This document shows, piece by piece, positions 1-8,524 of a stretch of 32,000 bases of DNA. Origin of the DNA: Candidatus Iainarchaeum sp. (GTDB lineage Archaea; Iainarchaeota; Iainarchaeia; Iainarchaeales; VGJJ01); the NCBI GenBank assembly GCA_030688545.1, contig JAUYHT010000002.1, positions 120,001-152,000 on the forward strand, in the 5' to 3' direction. Every line of letters starts with the position of its first letter. Position 1 is the stretch's first letter. A program made the position numbers and the translations under genes. The notes under the pieces are model-generated. The model saw only the letters and a list, made by a program, of their open reading frames with translations, did not search any database and was not told the DNA's origin.

Positions 1-433
1 GATTGAACAAGATATACGCTTTTTTCCTCCGTGGGATCCTGCTAGAACTTTTTACGAAGAACTATACCAACGCCAACAAGAACGGCTAGAAGAACTTCGC
101 AGCAAAGCTGGAAGAAAAGCCGGACGAATAGAAGAGAAAGCGAAAACCAAAGATGAGAGAGCACGTAGATATTCTATCGGAGCCGAAAAATTATGGCAAG
201 ATAAAGAAAGGGCGAAGTTGGCTTGGCTTCAAGCCCCCAGAAGTACCGCTAGAGAAAGTTATGAAAGAAATAAACTACACGCGATTTACAAATTTCTTTT
301 AGCTGAATCAAGAAAAACTAATCTTTGGATTCGAGAGTCGGAAATAGCTACTGATAAAGCAGAAAATCTCAGAAGAAAAGCCCGCCGATTCCGAACGTTA
401 GCCGCTGGAAAACCCCCTCGGGAAAGAAAATAG
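1..433 (+). CDS. 3' end of a hypothetical protein CDS entering from upstream of the window
   Basis: Frame 2 is open from nt 2 to TAG 431-433 (IEQDIRFFPPWDPARTFYEELYQRQQERLEEL...AAGKPPRERK). The ORF track shows only the part after an internal TTG at 218. The protein is K/R/E-rich and no family was recognised. The DNA looks more A/T-rich than the downstream genes. Confidence 0.5.
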   Translation, partial: IEQDIRFFPPWDPARTFYEELYQRQQERLEELRSKAGRKAGRIEEKAKTKDERARRYSIGAEKLWQDKERAKLAWLQAPRSTARESYERNKLHAIYKFLLAESRKTNLWIRESEIATDKAENLRRKARRFRTLAAGKPPRERK

Positions 434-626
434 CCCAAATTTTTTCCATTTCGCATGAAACACATGGGCCGCTATTATAAGCGGAAAGTCATTTTATTTA
501 TAAAGAAAACTATCTCTTTTATATAGTTCAAGCGCAGCAATGGATTATCGGGTTCTCTTTAGCACAGGCTCTTTTTATGTAGGAGTCTTTGGCGTCAGGG
601 TCCTGGAGAGGAAAGGTGGTACGATC

Positions 627-1535
627 ATGGCCGGCTTGGTTTGTCCAGAATGCGGGAGCGATAAGCTCCGCAAAGATACGGAAAAAGGGGAAATAGTCTG
701 CCAGAAATGCGGACTCATCGTTTCCGAAGACGAGATGGACTTTGGAAAAGAATGGCGGAGCTTCGACGGCGACTCTTTCGAGGATAGCGCCCGGACCGGG
801 AGCCCCATGAAATATGTGAAGCTCAACAAGGGACTTGTTACGGTTATCGACCGCCGGGGTGCCGACGCCCGGGGAAATAAATTGTCCAGCAAGAGCAAAG
901 CGCAAATGTACCGACTCATCAAATGGCACAAGCGCGCCAGCATCTCCAGCAGCATGCAGCGAAATCTTTCCATTGCACTGACCGAGTTGCGACGCGTGGC
1001 CAGCTACTTGAACATCCCCGAACAACTGGTGGAAGCCGCTGCCCTCCTCTACCGGAAAACTGTCAAGAAAGGACTCATTCGGGGACGGCTCATCGAAGCC
1101 GTCGTGGCGGCCGTACTTTACACGGTGTGCCGCACCTACCAGGTGCCCCGCACCCTCAATGAGATGGCCGAAGCCTCTGGATTAACCAAAAAGGAGATCG
1201 GGCGGACGTATCGTTTTCTCGTGCGCGAGCTGAAACTGGAAGTGCCCCTCACGAACCCTATCCACTATATCCCCCGCTTCGCGTCGGAATTGAATTTGAG
1301 CGGCGAGGTGCAGGAAGAAGGGCGGAAAATTTTGGAAGATGCCATAGGAAAAGGATTAATCTCCGGACGCGGACCCACGGGTGTCGCGGCCGCTGCGGTG
1401 TACATCGCCGGTCTCCTCAAAGGTGAACGGCGCACCCAGAAAGAAGTGGCCAACGTCGCGGGGGTTACGGAAGTCACCATCCGCAACCGCTACCGCGAAC
1501 TCAAGAAACGATTGGATATTGAAGTGTCGGCGTAA
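627..1535 (+). CDS. tfb: Transcription initiation factor B (archaeal TFIIB homologue)
   Basis: N-terminal Zn ribbon (CPECG...CQKCG) followed by two cyclin-fold repeats (NLSIALTELRRVASYLNIP..., YIPRFASELNLSG...VTEVTIRNRYREL). ATG 627 is preferred over track start 540 because it follows an SD-like AGGTGGT (614-620) and TFBs begin at the Zn ribbon. Confidence 0.95.
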   Translation: MAGLVCPECGSDKLRKDTEKGEIVCQKCGLIVSEDEMDFGKEWRSFDGDSFEDSARTGSPMKYVKLNKGLVTVIDRRGADARGNKLSSKSKAQMYRLIKWHKRASISSSMQRNLSIALTELRRVASYLNIPEQLVEAAALLYRKTVKKGLIRGRLIEAVVAAVLYTVCRTYQVPRTLNEMAEASGLTKKEIGRTYRFLVRELKLEVPLTNPIHYIPRFASELNLSGEVQEEGRKILEDAIGKGLISGRGPTGVAAAAVYIAGLLKGERRTQKEVANVAGVTEVTIRNRYRELKKRLDIEVSA

Positions 1536-1640
1536 CGCCGGCATTTCAAACTATTTTTTTTATTAATATTATTTTAAAAAATAAATTATTTTTAATAAAA
1601 TTTTTTCCTTAGAAAATAATTTGTAGTTTTTATTCCTCCA
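1528..1640. terminator. Convergent-gene terminator zone: stop-codon hairpin CGGCG-TAA-CGCCG (1528-1540), T8 run (1554-1561), then about 90 nt of almost pure A/T
   Basis: Read directly from the sequence. It lies between the 3' ends of tfb (+) and the CPA2 antiporter (-). Oligo-T tracts are the established archaeal termination signal, and T-runs are present on both strands here. Confidence 0.5.
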
Positions 1641-1662
1641 ATGGGGAAAAGAACCCATTTTC

Positions 1663-3384
1663 TCACAAGTCATTCCGCACATGATGCAATTCCCGCTCGC
1701 GGTAGATTTGCTCTTTCAGCTTGACCATGTTGGGGATCGTCATGGGGCGGCCTTTACGGAGGAAGAAATTCACATTCTCCATGAATGATTTGCCCCCGAT
1801 GATTTCGGTGAGGACCACGTAATCCGCTCCCAGCTTATAGAGCTTCATGGCCTCCTCGTAATAATTGGCTTTCACGAAAATCTTGAGGCGGGGAAAATAG
1901 TGTTTCACGTAATCCGTGATGTACATGGCTTCCGGGATGTCGGGAATAACTATAATGAGTAATTTGGCCTTATCCGCATGCACATTCTCCAATATCTCGG
2001 TGGAATGGGCATTCCCATAGATCGCGGGCACCTTCTTGGCTCTAAGGTAGGCCACTTCCTGGGGATCGTGGTCGATGACCAACACGTGATTTTTTCGGTG
2101 GAGGCCGAACGCCAGGTATTTCCCTACTCGTCCTCCCCCGAGGATAATAATATGGTCATCCAGCCTTTTCTCATCTACATGCTGCATGGCCTCCACTCGG
2201 CGAGCGAATATAGGGAAATGGGAAAACACCTTCACGGGAAGAACTTTTTTCAGCCAACCCTGGAAACGGGGACCGAAATCCATGTAGTAGGGCGTCACGG
2301 CCATGGAGAAGGCCGCGAGGAAGAGGAGCATCTCAAAGAGATCCCGAGGCACGGCCCCTGAAATAAACCCTTGAGTGAGGAGGATGAGGGAGAACTCTGA
2401 CATCTGACCCATGCCAAAGGCGACCTTCCCGGCTGTTTGAGAACCATATCCCGCGAGCTGGGTGAGGATATAGAGAATCAGGGGTTTGAGGACGAAGACG
2501 AAGAGCACGAGAATGCCAACCAAACCAAGGGTAATCGTGGAAGGGATACCGGTTAATTGAGAACCCAGAGATACAAAGAAAATCATCACGAAGAAATCCC
2601 GTAATCCCCGGATGGAGGAGATAGCCTCCAGGTTGTAGGGGAGCTGGGCAATGGCCAATCCCGCGAGGAACGCCCCGATGGCAAGGGAAATATTCAGCAG
2701 GTAAGCGATGCCAATGAACCCGAAGCACGTGGCGAGGGCTGTGAGATAGAGCAACTCAGAGGAATTGGCCGCGATGCGATAGAGGCGGGGAAAAATAGCA
2801 TGCGAGAGCACCCCCACGAGGGCGATGAGGAAAACTCCTTTTAGGAAAAGGAATTGGATTAAATCGAATGTAATGGCCTGGTTGGCAGCGAGAATGGGCA
2901 ACGCCACGATGACCGCGACATCCTGAACCAGGAGAAAACCTAACATGAGTTGACCATGCAGGGATTGCAACACCTTCCTGTTTTGGAGCACCCGAATCAC
3001 CACCATGGTGGAGGAGAGTGCCAGGGCTAATCCCACGTATAGAGTGCCGGTGATTCCCAGTTGGGGAAAGATGAAAAAAGCAAGAAGGATAGTGAGGGAA
3101 ACCTGGGCGATGCCCCCTAGCAGAATAGTTGAACCATTCCGGAGAAATTTCAAGAAATCCGTTTCCGCTCCAATAGTGAAAAGAAGGAAGATAATTCCCA
3201 ACTCGGAAAGCAAGGCAATCTCTTCCGGGTCCGAGAGCACCCCTAATCCGATGGGACCAATGATGACCCCGGCTAGAAGATAACCCATGAGGGCTGGCTG
3301 CTTGAATATCTTGGCAATATAGAGGGAAAAGGCGGCCGCGATGACCATGAAGCCCATGTTGAGCAGCAGGGAGAAATCGGCCAT
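1663..3384 (-). CDS. Monovalent cation:proton antiporter-2 (CPA2/Kef-type) with C-terminal RCK/TrkA-N domain
   Basis: 573 aa. Multi-helix hydrophobic N-terminal domain typical of the Na+/H+ exchanger fold (GPIGLGVL, LLFTIGAETD), followed by a Rossmann motif IIILGGGRVGKYLA...VIDHD. Confidence 0.9.
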   Translation of the reverse strand: MADFSLLLNMGFMVIAAAFSLYIAKIFKQPALMGYLLAGVIIGPIGLGVLSDPEEIALLSELGIIFLLFTIGAETDFLKFLRNGSTILLGGIAQVSLTILLAFFIFPQLGITGTLYVGLALALSSTMVVIRVLQNRKVLQSLHGQLMLGFLLVQDVAVIVALPILAANQAITFDLIQFLFLKGVFLIALVGVLSHAIFPRLYRIAANSSELLYLTALATCFGFIGIAYLLNISLAIGAFLAGLAIAQLPYNLEAISSIRGLRDFFVMIFFVSLGSQLTGIPSTITLGLVGILVLFVFVLKPLILYILTQLAGYGSQTAGKVAFGMGQMSEFSLILLTQGFISGAVPRDLFEMLLFLAAFSMAVTPYYMDFGPRFQGWLKKVLPVKVFSHFPIFARRVEAMQHVDEKRLDDHIIILGGGRVGKYLAFGLHRKNHVLVIDHDPQEVAYLRAKKVPAIYGNAHSTEILENVHADKAKLLIIVIPDIPEAMYITDYVKHYFPRLKIFVKANYYEEAMKLYKLGADYVVLTEIIGGKSFMENVNFFLRKGRPMTIPNMVKLKEQIYRERELHHVRNDL

Positions 3385-3414
3385 GCCTAACCATCGAGAA
3401 GGAGCTTAAAAAGC

Positions 3415-3681
3415 TCACGAATCGCCCGGAAAAACCATCTGCTCGATATCCGCTTTCCGATGGACATTAAGGGAAACGTGCAACCCGTACCCCGTGGGCT
3501 TGGTCAGGATAAGACCTTCTTTTATCAGCCCGTCGAGGGCCATACGGATATCCTTCCACAAGTCTTTGGGAAATCCCCGCGGGATATTATCATACGCCGT
3601 GTGTTTCCCTCCCCACCAGGCGTGGCGCACCATTTTGATCAGAATCCTTTTCCGAATCTCAAGGGGTGAAAGTTTCATCAT
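3415..3681 (-). CDS. Small hypothetical protein, possibly winged-helix fold
   Basis: Start moved to ATGATG at 3681 (MMKLSPLEIRKRILIKMVRHAWWGGKHT...LIKEGLILTKPTGYGLHVSLN). The upstream part of the 119-aa track ORF would overlap the divergent neighbour. Function not recognised. Confidence 0.55.
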   Translation of the reverse strand: MMKLSPLEIRKRILIKMVRHAWWGGKHTAYDNIPRGFPKDLWKDIRMALDGLIKEGLILTKPTGYGLHVSLNVHRKADIEQMVFPGDS

Positions 3682-3731
3682 TTGAAACGTTAAGAGATTA
3701 TTATTTAAACTTAAGGAGAGTAAAGTTCCGT

Positions 3732-4100
3732 ATGCAAACGGGTAAATCAACACCAGGCGCATCCAACGACCCATCCCTTTTCGTGGAATTCTTTGGCGAC
3801 TACCCCTTCATCCGCGTCCTCGATTTCCTGCTGGAAAACGATGCGTTCGACTACTCCAAGAAGGACATCTGCCGCTATTCGAATGTTTCCTGGAACACCT
3901 TGGATACGTTCTGGAACCAATTGGAAAGGGAGCAGATCGTTGCTCCCACGCGGAAGGTGGGCAAAGCCATGCTGTACAAATTGAATTCCCGCAACCCCAT
4001 TGTGGAACAGCTCCGCGCACTCGATCAGCGGCTCATGCGGGCCAGCTTGCAAAAAGTGGACCCTAAAAAAATAAAGCCTATTGCTGCGGATTCGGATTAA
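3732..4100 (+). CDS. Winged helix-turn-helix transcriptional regulator (small archaeal wHTH family)
   Basis: FFGDYPFIRVLDFLLENDAFDYSKKDICRYSNVSWNTLDTFWNQLEREQIVAPTRKVGKAMLYKLN matches the pattern of archaeal ArsR/TrmB-like wHTH proteins. ATG 3732 (MQTGKS) avoids overlap with the divergent gene. The 3' end overlaps the cysS 3' end by 23 nt. Confidence 0.7.
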   Translation: MQTGKSTPGASNDPSLFVEFFGDYPFIRVLDFLLENDAFDYSKKDICRYSNVSWNTLDTFWNQLEREQIVAPTRKVGKAMLYKLNSRNPIVEQLRALDQRLMRASLQKVDPKKIKPIAADSD

Positions 4101-5541
4101 TCGAAGGAACTAATTCAAATCCATCCTTCGTATCCGAAACGACATACCCTTCCTTTTCAATCTCTTTTCGCAAGGAATCGGCGCGCTTCCAATCCTTCGT
4201 TTCCCGAGCCTCTTGGCGTTTTTTGGCGAGGGCGAGGACATAACCTGGGATAGGAATTTCTTCCTGCTTGAAATCGAATATCCCCAACATCTGATCCGCC
4301 TTCTTTAGGAAATCTAGAATTAGGCGCGCGTCGGATTTGCTTATTTCCATTTTTTCCATCCATGTATTGGCCAATCGCTGGAAATCCGACAGGGAAGCCA
4401 CCGCTTGCGGTGTGTTCAAGTCGTCCGAGAGGAAGGCATCGAAGGTTTCCCAGGTTTCGGAAATGATTTTTTTGATAGGATGAACTGAGATTTTGTTTGC
4501 GTATTTCCGTAACCGACGAATGAACCCATTCCATTTTGAGCGCGCGGTTTTTGCGGCCTCCAGCGAATCCCACGTGAAATTGAGCTCGCTTCGATAATGG
4601 GTGGTGAGGAGGAGGTAACGGTAGTCCAATGCATCAAACCCTTTCTTCTCAAGATCGGAGATAGTAAAGAAATTCTTTTTGGATTTAGCCATCTTGGATT
4701 TGTCAATCTGGATGAAGGCATTATGGAGCCAATAGTGCACGTACTTCTTTCCCGTCGCCGCCTCGCTCTGGGCGATCTCATTGGTATGGTGGATGGGGAT
4801 ATGGTCCATTCCCCCAGTGTGAATATCAAAGGTTTCCCCCAAATACTTCATGCTCATCGCGGAGCATTCAATATGCCAACCCGGATATCCTTTTCCCCAG
4901 GGGGAATCCCATTGCATGGCGTGCGAGGGTTGATTCAGCTGCCACAACCTAAAATCAGCCGGATGCTTCTTGTCCGGATCGCGCGTGACGTCCGCTCTTA
5001 CAGCCTGCAATTCAGATAGGGATTGCCGAGAAAGTTTCCCGTATCCGGGGAATTTCTGGACATTGAAATAGACCGCTTGAGGGGTTGTGTAGGTATAGCC
5101 TTTTTTCTCCAGCCTCGTGATGAGGGTTATCATCTCGGGAATATGATCTGTGGCTTTCGGCAGGAAATGAGGGGGAAGGAGACGCAGTTTTTCCATATCC
5201 GAGAGAAAAATCTGGGTGTAGAATGCCGCTATGGCGGGGGGGGACTTCTTCTCCCCTCGCGCGGCCTTTTCCATCTTATCCTCCCCCATATCATCATCGC
5301 TCACCAAGTGCCCTACATCCGTGATGTTCATCACATGCGTCACCTTGTATTTCTGCCGCTCGAGGACCCGGCGCAATAGGTCCCATGCGATATACGCCCG
5401 GAAATTACCAATGTGCATGAAGTGGTATACGGTGGGCCCGCAGGCATACAGCCCCACTTTTCCCACGTGGAGGGGAACAAATTCCTGCTTGGAGCGGGAG
5501 AGGGTGTTATACAGCGTGAGAGGGAAATGGGGGGGTGGCAT
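4078..5541 (-). CDS. cysS: Cysteinyl-tRNA synthetase
   Basis: Class I motifs CGPTVYHFMHIGNFR (HIGH region) and KMAKSKKN (KMSKS). Length and domain order match CysRS. ATG 5541 (MPPPHF) or ATG 5565 are both possible starts. Confidence 0.95.
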   Translation of the reverse strand: MPPPHFPLTLYNTLSRSKQEFVPLHVGKVGLYACGPTVYHFMHIGNFRAYIAWDLLRRVLERQKYKVTHVMNITDVGHLVSDDDMGEDKMEKAARGEKKSPPAIAAFYTQIFLSDMEKLRLLPPHFLPKATDHIPEMITLITRLEKKGYTYTTPQAVYFNVQKFPGYGKLSRQSLSELQAVRADVTRDPDKKHPADFRLWQLNQPSHAMQWDSPWGKGYPGWHIECSAMSMKYLGETFDIHTGGMDHIPIHHTNEIAQSEAATGKKYVHYWLHNAFIQIDKSKMAKSKKNFFTISDLEKKGFDALDYRYLLLTTHYRSELNFTWDSLEAAKTARSKWNGFIRRLRKYANKISVHPIKKIISETWETFDAFLSDDLNTPQAVASLSDFQRLANTWMEKMEISKSDARLILDFLKKADQMLGIFDFKQEEIPIPGYVLALAKKRQEARETKDWKRADSLRKEIEKEGYVVSDTKDGFELVPSINPNPQQ

Positions 5542-5571
5542 ACCTTCCCCACACCCCATGAGCATTTAAAG

Positions 5572-6105
5572 ATGGATTCGATACGTGGGAATATGGCCGG
5601 CTCCCATGGAAAACCCGGAAATCGGGGGGGAAAACCCAATCGATCCGAAAAATTTTCCCCGCGCGAGCAACTGCCATTGCCTTTCGCGAATAGGAATCTA
5701 TTGCGCAGTCAACTGCACTTCCGGGCCGATCCCAACGTGCTAGGGTTAAAACATCGGGGTATTGTGGTGGAATTGGGGAGAAAACCCGTTGCCCGCATCC
5801 TCTATTCTATTGAAAGGAAAAAGAATGGTGAACGATTCTGGAAAATAAATGTAGATGTGATGGACTATCGTCGCCATGGGATCGCCACCAAACTGGTGCG
5901 ACAATTAGTAAACATGGCCCGTATCCACAATCACCTTCTTCCAGAAAAGAAAGTGGCATTTCTGCAGGCCGCTATCGAGGCCGATAATGCCGCTTCGATC
6001 TCATTTTTCACTCAAATGGGTTTTATCCAAACCGGAAATATTCGATCGGGGGATTATAGCGAACCCCCTATTCTACTTTTCGAATACCGAATTCCAGAGA
6101 AATGA
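5572..6105 (+). CDS. GNAT-family N-acetyltransferase
   Basis: Acetyl-CoA binding motif A-like VMDYRRHGIATKLVRQLVNMA, followed by a GNAT-like C-terminal segment (AAIEADNAASISFFTQMGF). ATG 5572 is chosen because track start 5413 lies inside cysS on the other strand. Confidence 0.7.
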   Translation: MDSIRGNMAGSHGKPGNRGGKPNRSEKFSPREQLPLPFANRNLLRSQLHFRADPNVLGLKHRGIVVELGRKPVARILYSIERKKNGERFWKINVDVMDYRRHGIATKLVRQLVNMARIHNHLLPEKKVAFLQAAIEADNAASISFFTQMGFIQTGNIRSGDYSEPPILLFEYRIPEK

Positions 6106-6111
6106 CTTCCT

Positions 6112-6218
6112 CCCCACCCTAAAGGGTGGGGTATCCGACAAATAGAAAACGTCACTTGCTCGCGTGTTCGCTCGCCAAACAATGGGCGACGAATGTCGCC
6201 CTGAAGGGCGAGGTATCC
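6112..6218. repeat. Two copies of a roughly 20-nt hairpin-containing motif (CCCTAAAGGGTGGGGTATCC 6117-6136; CCCTGAAGGGCGAGGTATCC 6199-6218) plus hairpin GGGCGAC-gaat-GTCGCCC (6184-6201)
   Basis: Read directly. CCCCACCC-taaa-GGGTGGGG (6112-6131) is a perfect 8-bp stem. CGCCC-tgaa-GGGCG spans 6197-6210. Both stems are followed by (G)TATCC. The region lies between two convergent 3' ends. Confidence 0.6.
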
Positions 6219-6263
6219 ACCTTTTTCCCCGAACTTTTTTCTAAAAAGCCCGAATGAATCTGA

Positions 6264-6896
6264 TCACAATCCGCCGTTCAGGATGAAGACAATCACGCTT
6301 TGCACCCCAATGAGCACGATCATGGCGAGCACGGATTTGAACACCGTCGTATTCAAATATTTCTGAACCGAGAGGAAGAGGACATATATCATATACAAGA
6401 ATAGAATCCCGGCCAATAGGAGGAAGGGGATGACTAACCATGGGATTTCAGGGGACGAAAGGGCGTCGAATATGGCCGCATTGAACTCCTGTTCCCCGAT
6501 GAGGCCCTGGCTGAATTGCTGCGTAGCTGATAGAAGACCGGGCACCGCAATGAGGGGAAGGATGATGCCCAGGATGAGAAAGAGGAAGAAGCCATAGTAG
6601 TTGAGCTGGGCGAACATCGTCAAGGCGCGGAGCACCCCATCTTTGGTAACAGGAACCTTCCAGAGCAACCCCAGGAGCACCAAGAGCAGACCGCCGATTA
6701 TCCATTTCAATAAATCTCCAATTAATGACATCAAAATGAGATCGGGGAACAAGGATCCCGTGAAGAGGAGCGAAGCCAGTATTCCAGCGAGGGTGCCCAG
6801 GAGGATGAATCCTATGGAGCGAAGGAGGGAAGGGTGATCATAGGCGAATGAAACGGCCTCCTTGGGACGAAGGAAAAGGTTGGTGTAGTAGGACAT
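6264..6896 (-). CDS. Yip1-domain-like integral membrane protein
   Basis: 210 aa. The N-terminus MSYYTNLFLRPKEAVSFAYDHPSL, followed by about five hydrophobic helices, is the usual Yip1/DUF1282-type layout. Confidence 0.7.
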   Translation of the reverse strand: MSYYTNLFLRPKEAVSFAYDHPSLLRSIGFILLGTLAGILASLLFTGSLFPDLILMSLIGDLLKWIIGGLLLVLLGLLWKVPVTKDGVLRALTMFAQLNYYGFFLFLILGIILPLIAVPGLLSATQQFSQGLIGEQEFNAAIFDALSSPEIPWLVIPFLLLAGILFLYMIYVLFLSVQKYLNTTVFKSVLAMIVLIGVQSVIVFILNGGL

Positions 6897-6939
6897 AAGC
6901 AGGGAAGGAGAATTGGACTATAAAAAGGGCGCCATTGGC

Positions 6940-8067
6940 TCAACGTGTTACCTTGAGCTGGAGGAACTCTTCCTTGAGCTTAAGGGAATGGGAACTCGTG
7001 AGATGGCGACGGGCGGGGGCCAGAATAGCAATAAGGGCCTCGGCCACGCCGTTCTTGAGGTCCATGGGGTGCAGTTTTCCCGAGGCAAAATCCGCTTCCA
7101 GGGACGCATAAGCAGGATAGGTGATGTTGCCCCCGAACTTGGCGGGACGCTCGATGGCTAATGCGTCCGTGAAAGGGAAGACGAGATGTTTGGCCCAATC
7201 CAGAACGGGGTTATAGCTAATTTCCTTCTCCATGCAGAATGCCTGCGCGAGCTTTTTTCTGATTTCTTCTTCGGAATCATCCAGGAAGATGGCGCTTCCC
7301 TGTACGGATTTTGACATCTTAGCTTCGGACTGGACCTCGCGTTTCTTACCTGGAGGAATGGGCCAGACGGGGGGTTTCTGCAATCCCAATACGAGGTGCT
7401 GATGCAGGGCAATGGGGGAAAATGTTTCTCCTTGATGGGAAATAGAATGGTATTGGAGCTTGTGCGCTACCTCGCGGGCAATCACATGGGCTTTGCGCTG
7501 GTCCATTCCCGCGTGCATGAGGGTTAGCTTCTGAAAATAAATATCCGCCACCTGCATGGCGGGATAGATGAGTTTGGCAAAATCCATCTGCTCGCCCTCC
7601 CGGCGGCCCATAATAGTCGTGGAACGCTGCATGCGGGATAGGGTTGTATGTTTGGCCACATCCAGAACCGTCTCCCAATACTCATCCTGGTGATGGTATA
7701 TTTCGCTCCCCAGGACAAATTTTATTTTGGAAACATCCGTCCGCGTGGCTTTCGCAGCGGCCACAAAGCACTGAGTGAAATAGCCTTTCCCCACTTTGGA
7801 AATAGCTTCCTTATCCCCTCCCAATTTGTCATTGATCCAGGCATGCCAATCCGCGAGGAAGATGCGGGTGTTTACCTTGGCCTGGTGGAAATGATTCAGG
7901 TGATGCATCGTCGAGAGCGCGGCCCCGATATGGGGTTGGCCGGAGATCTCGAAGCCAATGTAGTGTTCGAGGGGCATTCCATTTTCGACCGCGTGCACGA
8001 GATCATCGCGGGTCAACACCTCTTCAAAGTCCCGCGCGATGAGATCGACGCGAGTACGGGTATCCAT
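6940..8067 (-). CDS. tyrS: Tyrosyl-tRNA synthetase (archaeal type)
   Basis: GFEISGQPHIG (HIGH-like), KMSKS, and a C-terminal ERPAKFGGNITY...GKLHPMDLKNGVAEALI. As I recall it, this parallels Methanocaldococcus TyrRS (RPEKFGGDLTV...KELHPMDLKNAVAEELI). There is a TATA-like ATTTATAAT on the coding strand about 30 nt upstream of the ATG. Confidence 0.92.
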   Translation of the reverse strand: MDTRTRVDLIARDFEEVLTRDDLVHAVENGMPLEHYIGFEISGQPHIGAALSTMHHLNHFHQAKVNTRIFLADWHAWINDKLGGDKEAISKVGKGYFTQCFVAAAKATRTDVSKIKFVLGSEIYHHQDEYWETVLDVAKHTTLSRMQRSTTIMGRREGEQMDFAKLIYPAMQVADIYFQKLTLMHAGMDQRKAHVIAREVAHKLQYHSISHQGETFSPIALHQHLVLGLQKPPVWPIPPGKKREVQSEAKMSKSVQGSAIFLDDSEEEIRKKLAQAFCMEKEISYNPVLDWAKHLVFPFTDALAIERPAKFGGNITYPAYASLEADFASGKLHPMDLKNGVAEALIAILAPARRHLTSSHSLKLKEEFLQLKVTR

Positions 8068-8192
8068 AGGTGGATGAAGGGGAAAGCGGATTATAAATGA
8101 TTGGGGAAAAGAGCGGGTATAAAAAAAAGTTACTAAGGATGGGGTAATTAAAACAAGTTATATTTCAAAAAAGAAAAGACGGGTGAAAGAGG

Positions 8193-8333
8193 CTATTCCT
8201 CCCCTTCCCCCTCATCCTCAAACTCAGTGTCCTCATCGTCCTCTTCCCACTCTTCTTCATTTTCCGTCTCCTCGCTCTCGACCTCTTCGTCGTCGGCTCG
8301 AACCATTGGGTTTTCGTCGTAAAGCATCTGCAT
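8193..8333 (-). CDS. 46-aa hyper-acidic small protein (MQMLYDENPMVRADDEEVESEETENEEEWEEDDEDTEFEDEGEGEE)
   Basis: Only the last 46 codons of the 134-aa track ORF. ATG 8333 is preceded by GGAGGAGCG (SD-like, about 10 nt upstream) and by TTTATAAATA (8382-8391, minus strand) about 50 nt upstream. Confidence 0.4.
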   Translation of the reverse strand: MQMLYDENPMVRADDEEVESEETENEEEWEEDDEDTEFEDEGEGEE

Positions 8334-8381
8334 GGTGTTCACGCTCCTCCGCGTAAAAGTACACCACACTCCACCCCAAGT

Positions 8382-8391
8382 ATTTATAAAC
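8382..8391 (-). promoter_or_regulatory. TATA-box-like element upstream of the acidic small ORF
   Basis: The minus strand reads TTTATAAATA. Its position fits an archaeal promoter with a short leader carrying an SD. Confidence 0.35.
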
Positions 8392-8524
8392 AAACTGGTG
8401 GGCCAGGCGAATGGCGCCAAATTATGAGATATGAGATGGGAGGGGGACCAAAGAAGAGAAGCACCCCCTTGGAAGGAAAACCATTCACCTATGGGAAAAA
8501 AGATTTGTTCCAAAGACCAAAGGA

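Noticed and set aside
540-626. N-terminal extensions offered by the ORF track (tfb 540, prodh 9460, OB 9034, rnhB 15055, pheT 17255, trxA 29785, GNAT 5413)
   Set aside because: Each extension overlaps a neighbouring gene or promoter, lacks family-typical sequence, and an internal ATG with an SD or TATA spacing matches the known N-terminus of the family.
1545-1640. The extremely A/T-rich ~95-nt tract as a replication-origin unwinding element
   Set aside because: It lies between two convergent 3' ends, has no flanking ORB-like repeats or orc1/cdc6 gene, and has T-runs on both strands. A bidirectional terminator is the simpler explanation.
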